Positions 47,958-62,272 of a stretch of DNA of 64,000 nt are shown here, piece after piece. The stretch comes from Vicugna vicugna. Its lineage: Eukaryota. Below the pieces are notes generated by a model. That model did no database searches. It was not told the origin of the DNA and saw only the letters and a program-made list of their open reading frames with translations. The stretch lies in the NCBI GenBank assembly GCA_013265495.1, contig MU058423.1, forward strand, positions 5,006,793 through 5,070,792. Direction: 5' to 3'. Position numbers and translations under genes: made by a program. Positions within the stretch are counted from its first letter, which is position 1. Each line of letters opens with the position of its first letter.

Positions 47958-48079
47958 TTAATGCTCATTATATTTATTTATTGTACATATATTTTGTACA
48001 TGCTCCTATATAAGACATTTCTCCAACATAGTGAAGGAGAGGTTTATTTAAACAGCTCATTTTCCCCCCAGGGAAAATA

Positions 48080-49015
48080 ATTTATCAATCTTGTTCTTTT
48101 ATGTATTACAATTTTGGTGTCATATTTAAGAACTACTTGCCTAATCATGTCACGAAGGATTTGTCTATATTATATGCTGGCTACTTGGATTGCTTTTCAA
48201 ATATTGAACCAGCCTTTTATTCCCAGAAGGAAGTCCACTGCTCTGCTCTGTTGGCTAATATTTTGCTGAGAGTTTGCGTGTCTTTGTTCATGAGGAATAT
48301 TGGTCTGGTCTCTCTCTCTCTCCCTCCCTCCCTCTCTCTGTCTCTGTAAGTGTGGACTCCTGGCCTAAACAAATGGGTTAGGAAGCATTATTTCCTCCTT
48401 TTCTGTTTTTCAAAAGAGATTATATAGAATTGGTGTTCTTTCTTTCTTAAATGTGTAACGGGATTTTCCAGTGAAACCATCTGGGCCTAGAGACTTTTCC
48501 GGAGGCTTTAAAACATGAGTGCAGTTACTCTAATACTCAGTTTGTTTCATCTAAGTTGTCACATTTATGCACAGAAAGGAAGATTCTCCCAGGGGTCCTA
48601 TTGTAGCCACTGCTGTCACCACTGCAGGCTGGGTTAGGCACTGGGCGTGACAAAATAGGAGGAAAAATACAAAGATTTTATAAAAGAGAGATTTTTGAAT
48701 TTTCTGTGAGTATTAGGTCTTCCCTTTTCTGTTCCTCAAGCTAGAATTAAGGCTTTCTCCTGGAGTTCTGTCTGTCCCTGTGCCCACTTCCAGTTTTCAA
48801 GCTTCATTGAGATCAGGTCTAGGGATACTGGAGGGAGAAAAAAAAAATGATGGTACTTCAAATGCTTGTCTTCTAACATATATGCTTATATTATCTAGTT
48901 TCTGAGTCCTCAAGTCACTGCTCTTACATTCTGTCATTCTGTCAACTTTCTATCTTCACTCAGATAGACACAGTAGAGTGTGCCTACTCTGTCTTCCCTG
49001 GTGTTGGAACTCTGT
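48080..49015 (-). mobile_element. Heavily deleted old L1: ORF2 pieces (48080-48575) plus a 5'-end-like segment (48575-49015)
   Basis: GCTAATATTTTGCTGAGA, TTCATGAGGAATATTGGTCTG, CCAGTGAAACCATCTGGGCCT (antisense of ORF2 GPDGFTG); GAGTGTGCCTACTCTGTCTT resembles the L1M 5' terminus. Confidence 0.75.
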
Positions 49016-50414
49016 TCCTCTCAGTCTGCTTTTGCATCTGTAGGAACTGCTCTCCTCTCTCCTATATTTCTGTTGCATCTATCTCACATTCTCCATATTC
49101 TAATCCTGAAGCTTCTCTCCTCAACCTTACTCTCATTTCTCATGTCTCTCCCAGACATCCTGTTTATCTGTGTGAAGTCTGGGTAGTAATTATCAAAAAC
49201 AAAATTCTGGCTTACAAAAATAGCAGGTCCAACTCCACTACTGGTCAACAATTTTTAAAATGGCTCTAAAAAATAATCAGAGTATAAACTTAGCCTGAAC
49301 ATGGTGTTACACTCAGAGAAACACACCCACACAGGAAACAGTACACTAAAAGAAATTCCAAACTTTCTTGAATCTCTTGAGGAACATTGAACAATTAACT
49401 AGAGCAGTTTTTCTTTCTCGCCACCATTTTCTTGTGAGCACAAATCATCACATCACGGCAGCAGGTGCTCAGTGAATGCCAGCTTCTTCTGTCCCTTTCT
49501 TGCAACCTTGATCTTTAATAATCTGATCTCCAGCTTTTCCCAGAAATCCCTTAGCTCAGATTGAGGTAGTTGGAATATTTAAGAGGAATTAGCAAAAGAA
49601 TGTTCCTTCCTTTGGGCCCCATTTCATTTGGCATGTGAAATTGTAACACCAGAAATTCATATAACAAAAAAATAGTCTTTAGCTCTTTTGAGGACACATT
49701 TTACAAAAAGTCAATATAGACATATTTCTTTTCTGCTTATTGGTAAAGCCACATTTGGAACAAAGCTCCTTTCTCATTTGATGGCAGTGATGGAAAAATC
49801 TCTGTAATTAGTCCTTTTGATATATTTTTTTTTACAGAAAATGAACAATTTCTCCTAGCCAGTTAGTATATTCTTTACTAACAAATGATGAGAAGTTTGT
49901 AACTAATTATGCTTTCATTTATGCTTGCCACACCAGGAAGTCCAGAATTAACTTTCGTGCTTAATGGCAGTAATTTTGCTTCACCTACTTTTTTTCTTAT
50001 GATACTATTGTCTACCCTCACTTTTAAAAATGTGACACTTTTAATGGGCCAATTTAATGAATGGATTATTATGGGATTATCAATGTGCATATGTGTCTTG
50101 GAAATGGGTGGGAACAATGAACTAATTTTGTTAATTAAACTGTTATATAAAAGCAGGTATAAAACATTTTACTCAAATTTTTGTTTATGCTTCACTTAGG
50201 GATGTTCTTTCTGTTCGCATATGTTTTTGATAATCTTTCTCCCAACTCCATTCTGAAACAGAATGACAATGGGACAATGTTATTTTCATGTTAAATGATT
50301 TCATCTTTCAAGAAATTTTTCATACATTTCTGTTTATAACTAAATCTGAGTACACCATTTATTTGTTGCAATAGTGTTGTGGCATGTCAGGAAAACATTT
50401 ATTGGGATGGGTAA

Positions 50415-51325
50415 AACATAACACAGAAATCTTTGGGGCTGGGGCTAGGTGAAGAATTCTGAGACATGACACCAAAATTGTGATTTGGTTTTTTTTTTAA
50501 AGATAGATTGAGTTTCATCAAAATGAAAAAGTGTTCTGTAAAAGACCCTATCAAGGGGGTGAAAACACAAGCTATATACTAGGATGAAATACTTGCATCC
50601 AACAAAGTTCTCATATATAGACCACAGAAAAAACTCTCAAAACGCAGTAGTGAAAAAGTAAATCTAACTGTAAAGTGGGCAAAAGACATGAACAGAAATT
50701 TCACCATGGAAGGGATATGGATGGAAAGTTCATAAAGAGATGGTCAACATCATTAGTTACTAGGAAAATGCAAATTAAAGCCACAATGGACCTATTAGTA
50801 TATAAGAATGGCAAAAATGAAAACAAAACTCAACAGTGATAATACCCAATGCTGGCGAGGCTGGGGAGAAACTGGATCTCTCATACATTGCTAGTAAGAA
50901 TGCAAAATGGTAAGGCCACTCTGGAAAATAATTTAGTAGTTTCTTTTAAAATTAAATATGCATTTTCAAAATAATTCAGCAATCTTACCCAATGACATTT
51001 TATCCTAGAGAAATAAAAACTTATGTTCACACAAAAACCTGTACACTGCTGTTCATAGCAACTTAATAGTAACCTAAAACTGGAAACAACTCAAATGTCC
51101 TTGAATAGGTAAATGGTTAAAACAACTCTGGTGCAATGCAATATCATGCAGTGGAGTACTACGCAGCTATAAAAGTACTAAACTACTGATGTATGCAAAA
51201 ACCTGGACACAGCTCAAGGGCATTATGCTTAGTGAGAAAGAAATTCTCAAAAAGTTATATACTTTGTGATTCAATGTTTAAAATGTTCTCACAAGAGGGA
51301 AAATATTACTGAGATGGAGAGGAGG
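50415..51325 (+). mobile_element. L1MC/MD-like ORF2 end and proximal 3' UTR
   Basis: TGGGCAAAAGACATGAACAGA, ATGCAAATTAAAGCCACAATG, AAAACTTATGTTCACACAAAAACCTGTACA. Confidence 0.9.
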
Positions 51326-51574
51326 TCCCTAACTTTACTTCTTCATTCATTCTCATTATCTTACTTTGCCTGATTTCATAGTGCTTCAGGATGTCACAGA
51401 CTTTTACCAAAAGGTTTCTCATAGTTTTGAAACTATGAGGGTCACCATCTGTGCCTGGAACAACTTACAGACTGTATTTGGGTCACTATGGTGGGAAATC
51501 TTGTTCTAGATGTAGGAGAAACTGCAGAGTGTATCTCATTTCACAAAATTAAGATCATGTGTACACAATTAACA

Positions 51575-51790
51575 TTAGCTTAAGATGTGTATGTTGAGGG
51601 TCTATTATATCTCAGGTACCATATTATGAATTACTGATGCCAACGTCATTAGGGCAGAGACCTTCCTAGCAGAATTCAATGCCTAGAGGTAGAAGCAGGG
51701 AAGTAAATATTACTTATTGTAGTCTTTAAGAAGTGTTAATCACATTCAGTGAGAGTACTGTTAGAGTAATGGGCAAACAGGGGAAGGAAG
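51575..51790 (-). mobile_element. Degraded L2 3' fragment
   Basis: TGTTGAGGGTCTATTATATCTCAGGTAC pattern. Confidence 0.5.
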
Positions 51791-52399
51791 ACAAGAATTA
51801 TAGAAATAACCAAGGGAAAACTTAGTCTCTTTCACAATTTTTCACATATGCTATCCTTGACATCTAAAACAACAAAGTTAGAGAGATATTTCTTAAATGC
51901 CTTTAGAGTATCAGCAGGTACACTTTATATTTTCAGCAGCCTTATGTGACCTTGGTCATACTGAAGTACAATTACCAAAAACCATTTCCCCGATAGTGCA
52001 GGTGGAAGAATACAAAATATCTAACTGTCTTGGTCAGAATTAAGGATGTGTATATATTATAGAAGCTTGGAGAAAGGGCAAGATAATTCTGGCTCCTTGT
52101 CTGTACTAGTCTGAATACACAGTAAATTCTGAACTCTGATTTATTATAATGCAAGCATAGCAGTCAAAAGATAGAGATTTGTTTTAGTTCTTCTGGCTTC
52201 CCAGTAACCCAAGGCTTCCTGTTTTTTATGGGATTAAAATTTAAATGAGACAGTGGCAGTGAAGGGCTGCATCATTAACTCTCAGACTGCAGAAAATACT
52301 TGGCTAAATATAATTCATTTAAATAGATTCAGAGCAAAAAGAGTCAGAGTACAACAGGGTATCAAAAACACTTCACTCTGTCTTGTCCTTATGGTCATG

Positions 52400-54375
52400 A
52401 AATCCAGAATTCTCATTTTACCTCAGTGTCTTCGGTTCTCTCTCCCTCTCTCTCTTCCTTTTTCCTCTTTTACAACAACTGGTCCTTGGTATCACTGATA
52501 TCTTTAACCCTTTGATTCTTCAACTGATCTCTTTTCTCCCATTTTATCCCAGTCCACCTTCCCTTGACTCCCTTTTCAAGCTGGACTGTATTTGTAACAT
52601 CGTTCATAGAATCTTTAATTTTCCTGTCATTCTCTGTTGCCCATTTTGCTCCATCCCCCCATAGGAGTCACCTCCATGCTGCACAATATAGGTTGAACTT
52701 CCTGACATGTCACACATTCCTGTGATATCCTTCCCAATCATCTGGTGTTTGCACACTGTCCCTGGAGCTGCTGGCTCTCACACACAGTACCAGCAACCTG
52801 CTCACCCAGTTCATGAGCTTCTAGTGAGACTGTGCTCTCCTGACCTCTCTACAGCTTTAGACGTGCTTTGTCTCCATCTATCTGTATTTTGAAAGTCTTT
52901 CCACCTATCACCTGTGCCTCTGTACTTTTCTGTTTGTTCTTTTAAAATAGTCTTCATTGTTTGCTTCTTCTCCTCCTGACTCTTAAGAGTTGGTATCTTC
53001 AAGGATAGAGGCTAAATTATTTTCTTACTCAAGTATCTTTTCATTAGTTATCCCATTCATCTTCTCACCTTCAGTTCTGACCTTCACATAGATGACAATG
53101 TATGCAAGTCTAGGATGAGAAAATCAGCACATCATGTGGGAATAATTTACTCCATTGATTGTAAGGAGTAATTATTTGAACAATTTATCCTAAAAGAAGA
53201 CAACCATTGTCTTCTTAAGTTATATAGCTTTAAACTCCTCACGCCTTTCGCTAGTGAGGTTTTTTTTCCTAACATCTGATCTCATTCCCCTAGCTGCCTC
53301 ATATAATTTTCTATCCAGTTGTATTTCGGCATCGCTCAGTTAAGATCAGCATCATTCCAATGTTCTCCTAAAATCAGATCCTTTTTTCCTGATTTTTCTT
53401 TGTTATTTTTGCCTTCTCTCCTAGTCATCCAGGATGAAAATGCAGACTCATCTTTGGTTCAATTCTATTCTTTGTCTTTTTAGCTAGTTGTTACTTGTCA
53501 ACTACTATGAATAGTTTTTATTTTTTTAACTTCATAACATACATCAAAAACTTTTATTACTTTATTCCCAACAATTAGGGTTTGATAAACTCTCCTCTAT
53601 GACGCTAATGTCTTTTGATTGCTCCCCCTTTCCTATTCTCTTACCCTCCAGTTATCTCAGATGCACCCTCTAGATCTATTTTCCTTAGCAAAACTTCCTG
53701 TCATTTACCGCAACACTCAGAAACAGTGACTAACCCAACAGGGGCAGTTCATGGGTGTGTGACTGGTGCAGTCCCATAGGGCCCCATGCTTGGAAGGATC
53801 CCACACTTGGTTTTATGATTTGCTGTAGCTGTCTTGAAATTTTTAATACTATTTTAACAAGGGGCTGTGCATTTTTGTTTTGCACTGAGCCCTGCAAATC
53901 ATGTAGCCCATCTGGTGTCCAATGACAACGAATAAATTCCATACCAGTTTCCCTCCTAAAACTTTAGACTTTTTATACTTGGTGCCTTCGCAGCCCTAGT
54001 GACCACTCTCACACTCTTCAGTGATACCGGGCTGCTAGCTGCATTCCAGGTATATTTATTTCCCACTTTTGTGTCTTATTACCACTTGATATACTTTGAA
54101 TTCACTTCCTCAAACTTTTACTCAAATGTTATTTGCCATATCTTTTTTCTCCTTATTTTTATTCTGTCTCCACATAGTTGAGCTATATCTCTCCTATAAA
54201 ATCTATAGTGCTTTTTATTTTTTTTAAATATTGATCATGTTTCCTTTAATTTTTCTTTGAGTAAATGTCTTGTTACTGTTAATAGACTGCAAACTCCACG
54301 AAAATAAGGATAAAATGTCTCATTTATGTATCACATATAGTGCTTCATAACAAAACTTAATAATATACTTTAAAA
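52400..54375 (+). mobile_element. Long, highly degraded L2 fragments (hosting MER45A)
   Basis: Pyrimidine-rich with L2 landmarks: CTAGTCATCCAGG, GAATAAATTCCA, TTTTACTCAAATGTTA, AGACTGCAAACTCCA. Confidence 0.65.
53739..53914 (+). mobile_element. MER45A (hAT-Tip100 MITE), full length
   Basis: CAGG...TTCATGGGTGTG.GAC..GTGCAGTC...GTCTTGAAATT.TTAATA...TTTTGCACTG.GCCC.GCAAAT.ATGTAGCC...CTG, about 176 bp; 8-bp flanks TAACCCAA / GTGTCCAA partly match. Confidence 0.92.
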
Positions 54376-55899
54376 AAGTATGGTACACAAGGTAACTCCT
54401 CATATTATAAATTAAAAAAAAATAGGGATATGTTTGGCTTTCCTGATTTTCCTGTCCACACAGTGTTTGCTTCTGAGTAAAATGGAAGAAGGACAGAAAT
54501 CCAGGCCTCAATAAATTCAGTGATGGGCAAACTTGAAATATAAAGGAAAAGGGAGGGAAAAGCCAAAGGAGAGAGGAAAAAAAATGGGGATATAGACACA
54601 AACTATCAATTCTACTGATTACCATGTTCCTGGCTGTAATCACGATCCTCTCTGACATTCCAGAAAGGTGATATATCATTTGATGTGCTAGAACAGTAAA
54701 AGGAGAATTTACAAAATAAAGCTGGAGATGATGCAGCCAGCCTGAGGGATTTTGTTTGTGAGGGCATCCATTCGTGTCTGCTTGGGCTCGCTGAGTAATA
54801 TCCATTCTGTCCTTGAGGCGTAGATCAAGAAATGAAATTGTGCTGTATTAGTCCTTTCAGGTTTTCCACAGATTCAAGAATATCTGGAAACTTCGTGTGA
54901 GGTGGTTATATTTATCAGAATTTGTTGAGTATATCAGTGGTTCTGTTATTTTGACTGAAAAATTTTTTTTCAATGTCAGAAAAAATAGTTGGAAATGGAG
55001 AAAAAAGAGAGAGTGAAGAATTATTACAAGAATAAAAATAAAAAACAACTAAGAAAATATATTTTCTAGGTGGACTGAAACTCAAAACATAGTTGAAATC
55101 ACTTCAATCACTTAATTCCCTCATTATCCTCATTTCCTATCCATCACTCTTTCACACCACATTCCTTAAATAAATGCATACTTAATTGTTAGAGAAGAAA
55201 ACTTGAAAGACAAGCTTAAGCTTCTACTACAATTTTGTTTAAACTATCCCTATCAAATGAGTGCCCTCCTACCATTTAGAAAAAAATACTGGTGTGTGCT
55301 GGGAATACTGTATCAAATGTAAGAAAACTAAAGAAATGATTTGTGAAGAGGGTTAACGTAGGTTCATAAAACTATCCTCTATAATCATCAGTGTTTTTAT
55401 CTGATTCTTCTAGTCAGTGGATAGTACCTTTGTGATGCAAAAAGGGAGAAGCAAAAAACATGCAGTTTTTTGGGGACCCTTAAACTGTCCCTCTTGAAGA
55501 TCCTAGAGAAGAAATATTGAGACATTGGAGAACACTAACCCTAGAAGAGACCATGGAATTCACTAAATTTTTCCTCCAAATTAGTATTAGTAAATGATAA
55601 AATATGAATGTATATAGTTTTGCCTTCTACTTTCCAATGCTTATAACTCATTTCTATTTCTTTTTTTATTGCCTCAGTATGTTCAAGACAAAGTTAAATA
55701 ATAATAATATAATAGTGATAGTATACATAAATGAATATTACGTACAAGTGAAAATATATAATTATTATGTAACATACAGATGCATATTATATTTATATAT
55801 TTTGAATCTTATCAAATGTCATTTCAACATCTACTGAGATATTTTTCTCCTCTAGTCCATTAACATTACACTAATTGTACCCCATCAATTTAGTAGAGT

Positions 55900-57625
55900 T
55901 TCAATATGTTCTAAGTCTGTCATGTCCTTATCTCTCTTTTTTTTATGAAACTACTAGAAGCCAGCCGTTTAAGTCATTTGTCAGCCCATATTTTCATTCC
56001 TGCACTGCTGTAAATATCGCCTAATGTCAAAACCCAGGAGGATGAGGCAACTAATAGATAAAGCTCTTGGACCCTTCATCTCCTTGGTTTCTGGAACATC
56101 TTCATCCACCATTCTTCAGCCATAACTCTGACTTTGCTATGACTAATAATGGCACCTCATTTAAACTCTTGATTTATACCCTCTGATTATCTCACCACCT
56201 TCTGTTATCCTTCCAGCTCAACATTCCATTCCAGTATTTCTTCATCCTTACCGAGAATTCCATCTCTAACCTACAACGTTTAAGTCTTCATCCTTTTCCC
56301 TAATACCTCATGTTCTGTTTTTCCCTGACTCGGCTTAGATCCCATGACCCATCATTGTAACAAGTATCTTATAAGAGCCATTAAATTCTATATCCCTCTA
56401 TCATATTTGCCTGGGAAAACAGCTCTGTTAAATCCCAAGTATTCAATCATTGCATGTCTTTGTAGGAGCAGTTGAACATGTTGAGTGGACAACATGTTGA
56501 CTGATCACACTTTAAGTTTAGGACCACACATTTCAAATGGGTACTGACGTTATCCAACAACACTACTATATATCCCAAGAATACTTACCCTAAATAGTAA
56601 TTCAGTGTCTCTTTTCCGTACAACTTTACAGCTTGCCTTCTCCTTACTTTCAGCTGACCATCCTTGCTTTTTACTTCATTTTGAGAAGTAGAGTAAAAAG
56701 AAACTCTCTCATCTTCTTAGAAACCTGCCTGCAAATGAATATTTGCCTCCTTCTTCAGTGAATGTTGCTGTCACCATCTCAGACAACATCCTCTGTCAAA
56801 TATGCACTGGATACCATAAACCTTTGTCACTAAAGGAATTCTTCCTGAAACGTCCCCTTTCCCTGCATTATCAATATCCCTTTCTACTGAATTGTTCTTA
56901 TCAACATCCTTACAAGCTGAAGAGTTGCCATTTTAAAACAAACAACTAATCAGAACTGCAAATAACAAAAACATATTACCCTCATATTCCTCTTCAGCGT
57001 TTCCCTTCCCTATTTCATTTTTTTCCTATGTATTTATTACATAAGTTTTTGAAAGATTTGTCTGAGCTCATTAAGTCTATTTCTTCATATCTCAATTTCA
57101 CTTTAATTAACTTCTTATCCCAACAATTCATTGAAACTACTAAGGTTAAGATCATCAGTCTCTTGTAGCATCTTAAATTCAGTGATCTGCAAGCAATAAT
57201 CTGTGAAGAATTTGACACTTTTGATCAATTCCTCCTTCTTGATTCACTTCTTTCACTTGGATTCTACGATGACACTCTCTCTTAATTATCCTCTCTTCCT
57301 TCTCAGCCTTTTGTTGTCGTCACTGACATTGTCATCCATACATCTTTTTCCTAATCTCTAAATGAAGCATCCCCCAGATCCTGTCCTCAGTCCTTTTCTC
57401 CTCCCTATTTGCACTTTCTTTCTAGGGAAACCACCTTAGTCCTATGGGCATTGAGTTCTGGTGATTTGTTAATCACACCAGAATATAAATACATAGATTT
57501 TCTCTTCCCTGAGCTCCAGCTTCTCATATTCAGTTGTCAATTCAATAGTTACACACTGACAAACTTAACGTGAAACACTTGGTTCCCAGACGGAAAAATC
57601 TAAAGCTCTGTTTTCCCAAATTCAG
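55900..57625 (+). mobile_element. Degraded L2 ORF2 fragments
   Basis: CTCTGACTTTG, CCATGACCCATCATT, TTGAAACTACT..GGT, TTTGACAC..TTGATCA.TTCCTCCTTCTTGA (AFDT-like RT motif), TCCTGAGCTCCAG-like stretch near 57510. Confidence 0.78.
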
Positions 57626-59565
57626 TGAAATTGTCTTTCCTTAGAAATTAACTAACATTCACTCCTTTGTAATCAGTAAGAGAGGAAGAGACATAAAAAA
57701 TTTATAATTTATAATATTTTGTTGACTCTGAATAGTTCTATCCTTAGGCTGCTTTCTCATTTACCTTACACATAATCAAGATGAATCACTGACTTGTAAT
57801 GCTTATAGCAGTCACATAACCAGCAACCACTCCTTACTTTAACTTTTACTGAGTAATTCTTACACCTAGTTCATAAAACCTCTGATGACATATTCTGAAC
57901 ATTAACAAATCTAAAATTTAACCAATATTTCCTTTTCCTCGAAAGTCATAAGGGTTCTAAATTAGGTGGTGGCATAGGAAATGTTCCATTTAAGAAAGAA
58001 TAACCTGGAAATAGTGTACTGAATTATGGTAGGAAATATTGGAGACAGAGAGACAGATGGTTATAAAGCTATTGAATCCAGTAGTGAGGTCACAAAGATC
58101 TTTTCAAGGATGTGGTAATTATTTATCCCTTAACTTGATTAATAACCCTTAATTGAGTTTCTACTATTCGCCTCAGCGTGTGCTACTCAAGTTGTGCTGC
58201 TATGGGCTGGGTTTGATGTTTGGCAAAAACCTCACATAAATTTCAAAAGAAATTAGTTAACTAAAATATGTTAAATTGATCCTTTTCTAATGATCAGGAC
58301 ATCAAGCTGGGGGTGGAGGGGTGATCAGTGTGTAGGGAGTCTTCTGTTTTTCCAGTTTCCTAAATGGAAATGTGTTGGCGTTGGTGGTGATGAAATTCTG
58401 CCTCCCAGAGAAAGAGCTTGCCAGGCTGTGGGAAGCAGAGGTTAGGGGTTTAGCAAACATCCTCTTGTACTCCAACTATGTCATCCTGAAACTCCATTGC
58501 TTATTTGCAAAACTTGTCTTTTTCAAACCAGAATACTGGATTTAATACCTGGATCTTAAATACAACTCATTATGCCATCAGCATCATCCAGCTACATTGC
58601 TCAGTGGTTACATAATGATGACTAAGCTTTCCATACACACAGTAGCATCGGGACTATATAAAGATGATCTGTCTCTGGGCTTGCATAAGTGGTTATTTAC
58701 AAGACCTAGGAGCAACTGATCATGATGTTCCTTGGCAGGGTTCCCCTTAGCTAAGCATTTTAGAAATACACAAATAAATGATTAGAATACCGGTACTAAA
58801 TTAATGCTAAACAAAGTAAAGACTGAAAGATATGTATAGGAAATCAAAAAAAATTTTTTTGTAGTAAAGCAGATAAATTTGATTCAGATTTATTCTCCTA
58901 ATGCAGTACTATGGGGTTCAGAAACATAGGCTATGTTGTACAGAAGGGGAAACTTTGTTATTGAAAGAGAGGAGATATCAATGAAAGTTCGGAGACTAGT
59001 GCCACTTGTTTAGATTGAAACGTATTTTATGTCGAATGTATCTGCAAGTCTGAATTAGAAACTCTCACTGAACCTTGACTGCATAACTATAAAACTGATT
59101 TATTAGTAGACCATAAGAATCAATAACTTCTTTTTACATAAGAACAAATAAAATGTGTGAATAGCTGAATGCTATACTTTTATGTTTGGAGGTCTGTCTC
59201 ACTGCAAACAGTCATACATCTAGACAGTATTTCTAGGTGCTAGAACTTGCCATTCAATTAAGGAATTAGTTGATATTATGAAAGATCAAAAAGCAAGGTA
59301 ATTTTCATTTGAGAATCATTCAAATAGTTCCTTTAGCATTTTGTATTCAAAAAAATATCTGAAGTATGCAAAACTTTACAAAATATTTAGATTTTCTTAT
59401 TTTTATTTTTTGAACAGTAAATTAGTAGAAACATCAGAGATACTTAGTAGCTCTGTACACGAAAATTTCCATTTTTCTTGCTAAATAAAATTCTAGAAGT
59501 TTCCATGTGCATCCAGAAACGTATCCTTTGTCTCCTTCTCTCTCCCTCTCTTCCTTTTCTTCTCT

Positions 59566-59613
59566 ATGTCTGTCTGTCTGTCTCACAGACACACACACAC
59601 ACACACACACACA
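59566..59613. repeat. (TGTC)n followed by (CA)n microsatellite
   Basis: Read directly. Confidence 0.95.
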
Positions 59614-60159
59614 GACAATTTAGGAGGAGCCCAAAGACTCTGACATTCGTGTCCTGACAGACTGAATCAAGGTCTGTGATCCCGTGGCCAACTCATGCAT
59701 TGTGCAGGGTTAGCATTCTATGGATTTTATGAGTTGACAGTCTAGCACTAGATCTAATTAATGACTGAAACGTTTTGAGATATAGCATGTTTTTAATGGT
59801 AAGTCCCTCTATTTCTAGTACTACTTTTTAAATTAAAAAATCTGTTGAATTAATTCATATGCCTTTTCATCAACTAAAATAATAACACTAGTTTCTCTAC
59901 CTTGCCATATTGATAGAACAGATTATAGCAGAAGAGTTCTTCTATAAAATACCTTTAAGTTTGTAAAGTGAACTATACTTGAACATGATGTTTTACTGTT
60001 TAAGTGTCTTTTGGAATTCAGACTGGTAGTATTACAGATAAATATATTTTCATCAATTATTTTCATGTGGTCTGTAGTTTTCTGTTTGTGAGTGTATTAT
60101 CCTGTTTTGATGTCAGCATTTTGTTAGCTTCCTAAAATTAAAATTCGAATGCATAGGCA

Positions 60160-60995
60160 GTAAGTGATCATTGGATTATCTGTTCAACCTATAACTCCTT
60201 CCACTGAATGCCTCTCTGACTAGATGTGACTATCTATTACCATGTTTGTTTTATGCTATTTATCTCTGTTCATAACTTTTTGGAACCAGAGTGCTCCATT
60301 CAGATCTTCTCTCCTGAAGACTTAGAAATGGGATTCAAAGACATTAGTCAGTTTTCCCTGTTTCTAGAAATTAGGACAAATACATTAGGATGCTGAAACT
60401 AGCTTTGAGAGTCTCAAGAACTGGGGTGGAATATACTGGTCCTCACATGGCTGTCTAAGTAGAGACCATGTTTCCAACCTCCCTTATACCAGATGTGTCC
60501 ATATATTAAATTCTCACCATTGGAATATTTGTCTTGGTCTTAAGACATTATATTATTCCCTGGCTCCATGTATCCCTCAGTATTGGAACATAAAAATACC
60601 CAAAATCCAGCCTGAACTTCAGAAGACAATGTGAGAGGATATATAGAAATCAGAGTTTTGAAAGAATCTAGGTCTTTGAATGGCTGCTGACCTGAGCTGC
60701 TCACCTTGGGACTTTGATATCTGAGAGGAGAAGAAAAAAAACTTTCTAAGCTTCTTTACTTGGGCCTCTTTTTTAAAATAGCAGCTTAGCCTTTATCCTA
60801 AGTAGGGCAAGCATATGAAGTAGTAAATAATATTAGATGGAAGAGAGTAGAAAATGAACCAGACTCAGGGAGACAGAAGCTAGAAAGCATATGAATCCAA
60901 AGGGGTAGTGGAAGGGATTAGAACTAACTTCCATTTTTCCTGTTTCTTATTTAACCTTTGTATCCTGAACTAAGCGTATTCTAACAAAACTGCTT
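60160..60995 (+). mobile_element. Old MaLR LTR pieces; an MLT1J-like copy (about 60430-60805) apparently nested in an MLT1K/L-like copy
   Basis: TTTCCAACCTCCCTT, AAATTCTCACCATTGGAAT, ATAGCAGCTTAGCCTTTATCCTAA. Confidence 0.6.
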
Positions 60996-61434
60996 CCCAG
61001 GGTTAGACTCTGTACATTATAATAAGTTCATCTTCTTCATTGAAGCTAGATTGAATTTCCTTTCCAAAAAATGTCATCACTAACTCAATATTTGATCCAA
61101 AGCCTGAGATTGCAAGTAACACACCCCAGAACCCTGTCTGGATGAAGAGTAGAGAGAATGAAGATTCCTCTATCCTGGCACCTGAAACTGAGTCCATATA
61201 CACATTACACAAGGGATTTTCCACTGTCTTTGGCATCCAGATGATGTGCCTTCATAAAATAACATTTTAGGGGACTTAGAAGCCAAATATAATCAAACTG
61301 TTTGGATTAGATTTCTACATAGTAGAAAGAGTCCAATTAAACTCTAAAGCTCCTCTGGCTGGAAGTAGAAAAACAGAAAAACAGACTGATGCTCTGAAAT
61401 TACTGAGATCCAAATTAATTAGATTGATAATAAT

Positions 61435-61660
61435 TATAATAATACAGATAGTTTATGTGCATGATTCCTGGGAGCTAAGTAATTTGTATGCATTGTCTTC
61501 TTTAATTTTCACAAAAATTCAAAGACGGTAGATTCTTTTAACATTCCTTTTATATACCTGAAGAAACTGAAGTCTAGAGTGTTAGGAAATTTGCCCAAGG
61601 TGTTAGAGATGGATTTGATTCCAGTTCTGATTTGATTCATGCAACAACGGCTATACTCGT
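61435..61660 (-). mobile_element. MIR
   Basis: TTTAATTTTCACAA...TGAAGAAACTGAAGTCTAGAG.GTTA...TTGCCCAAGGT. Confidence 0.85.
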
Positions 61661-62079
61661 AACCGTTATGCTGTATCGGACATCATCAAGAAATTAACCA
61701 TGCGCTTAGCTGAACTGAAGTGGCTAAATCCTCCCCTTCTCCTTGTGCTTGTGACACAGGGTGATTTCTGACTGAAAATGAATGAAATTCTAGAAATATG
61801 CATGCGGATGGTTATGAAAAGTGATGGGGCCATGAAACAATAGGCTCCAAATACTTTCTGTAACTGTGTTGAACTCTCCATGTAGAATGCAGAGAGTAAT
61901 CCACATTCTATTATTGAAGCACATTCCACCCCTGTGCCTCGTACAAGGCTATTCTGAAACGTCAACTCTGGTATAGCTAATTGCTTTCCATGTAGATTTC
62001 TAAATTACAGTTTTTAAAATCACTAAAAGAAGTTTCCAAGTACTATACAGTTTTTATCCTATTAAAAGAAACCCCCAAA

Positions 62080-62272
62080 TATTGAAAGTTGCTAAGAGAG
62101 TGGGTCTTCAAAGTTTTCATCATAAGAAAAAAAAAATTATGTGAAGTGATTGATGTTAACTAAACTTATAGCAGTAATTATTTTACAACGTACACAAATA
62201 TCAAATCATTCTGTTTTACACCTTTGACTAATATAATATGCCAATCATATCTCAGCAAAATTGGGAAAAAAA
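62080..62272 (+). mobile_element. L1MA8/9-like 3' terminal fragment
   Basis: TTGAAAGTTGCTAAGAGAGT...ATGTTAACTAAACTTAT...CAAATATCAAATCATT.TGTT.TACACCT; approximate TSD ending CAAATAT on both sides. Confidence 0.88.

Noticed and set aside
54320..54805. Longest ORF in the track (161 aa)
   Set aside because: No recognisable domain, low-complexity F/L/S composition, and its end overlaps an L2 tail; length is compatible with chance in 64 kb.
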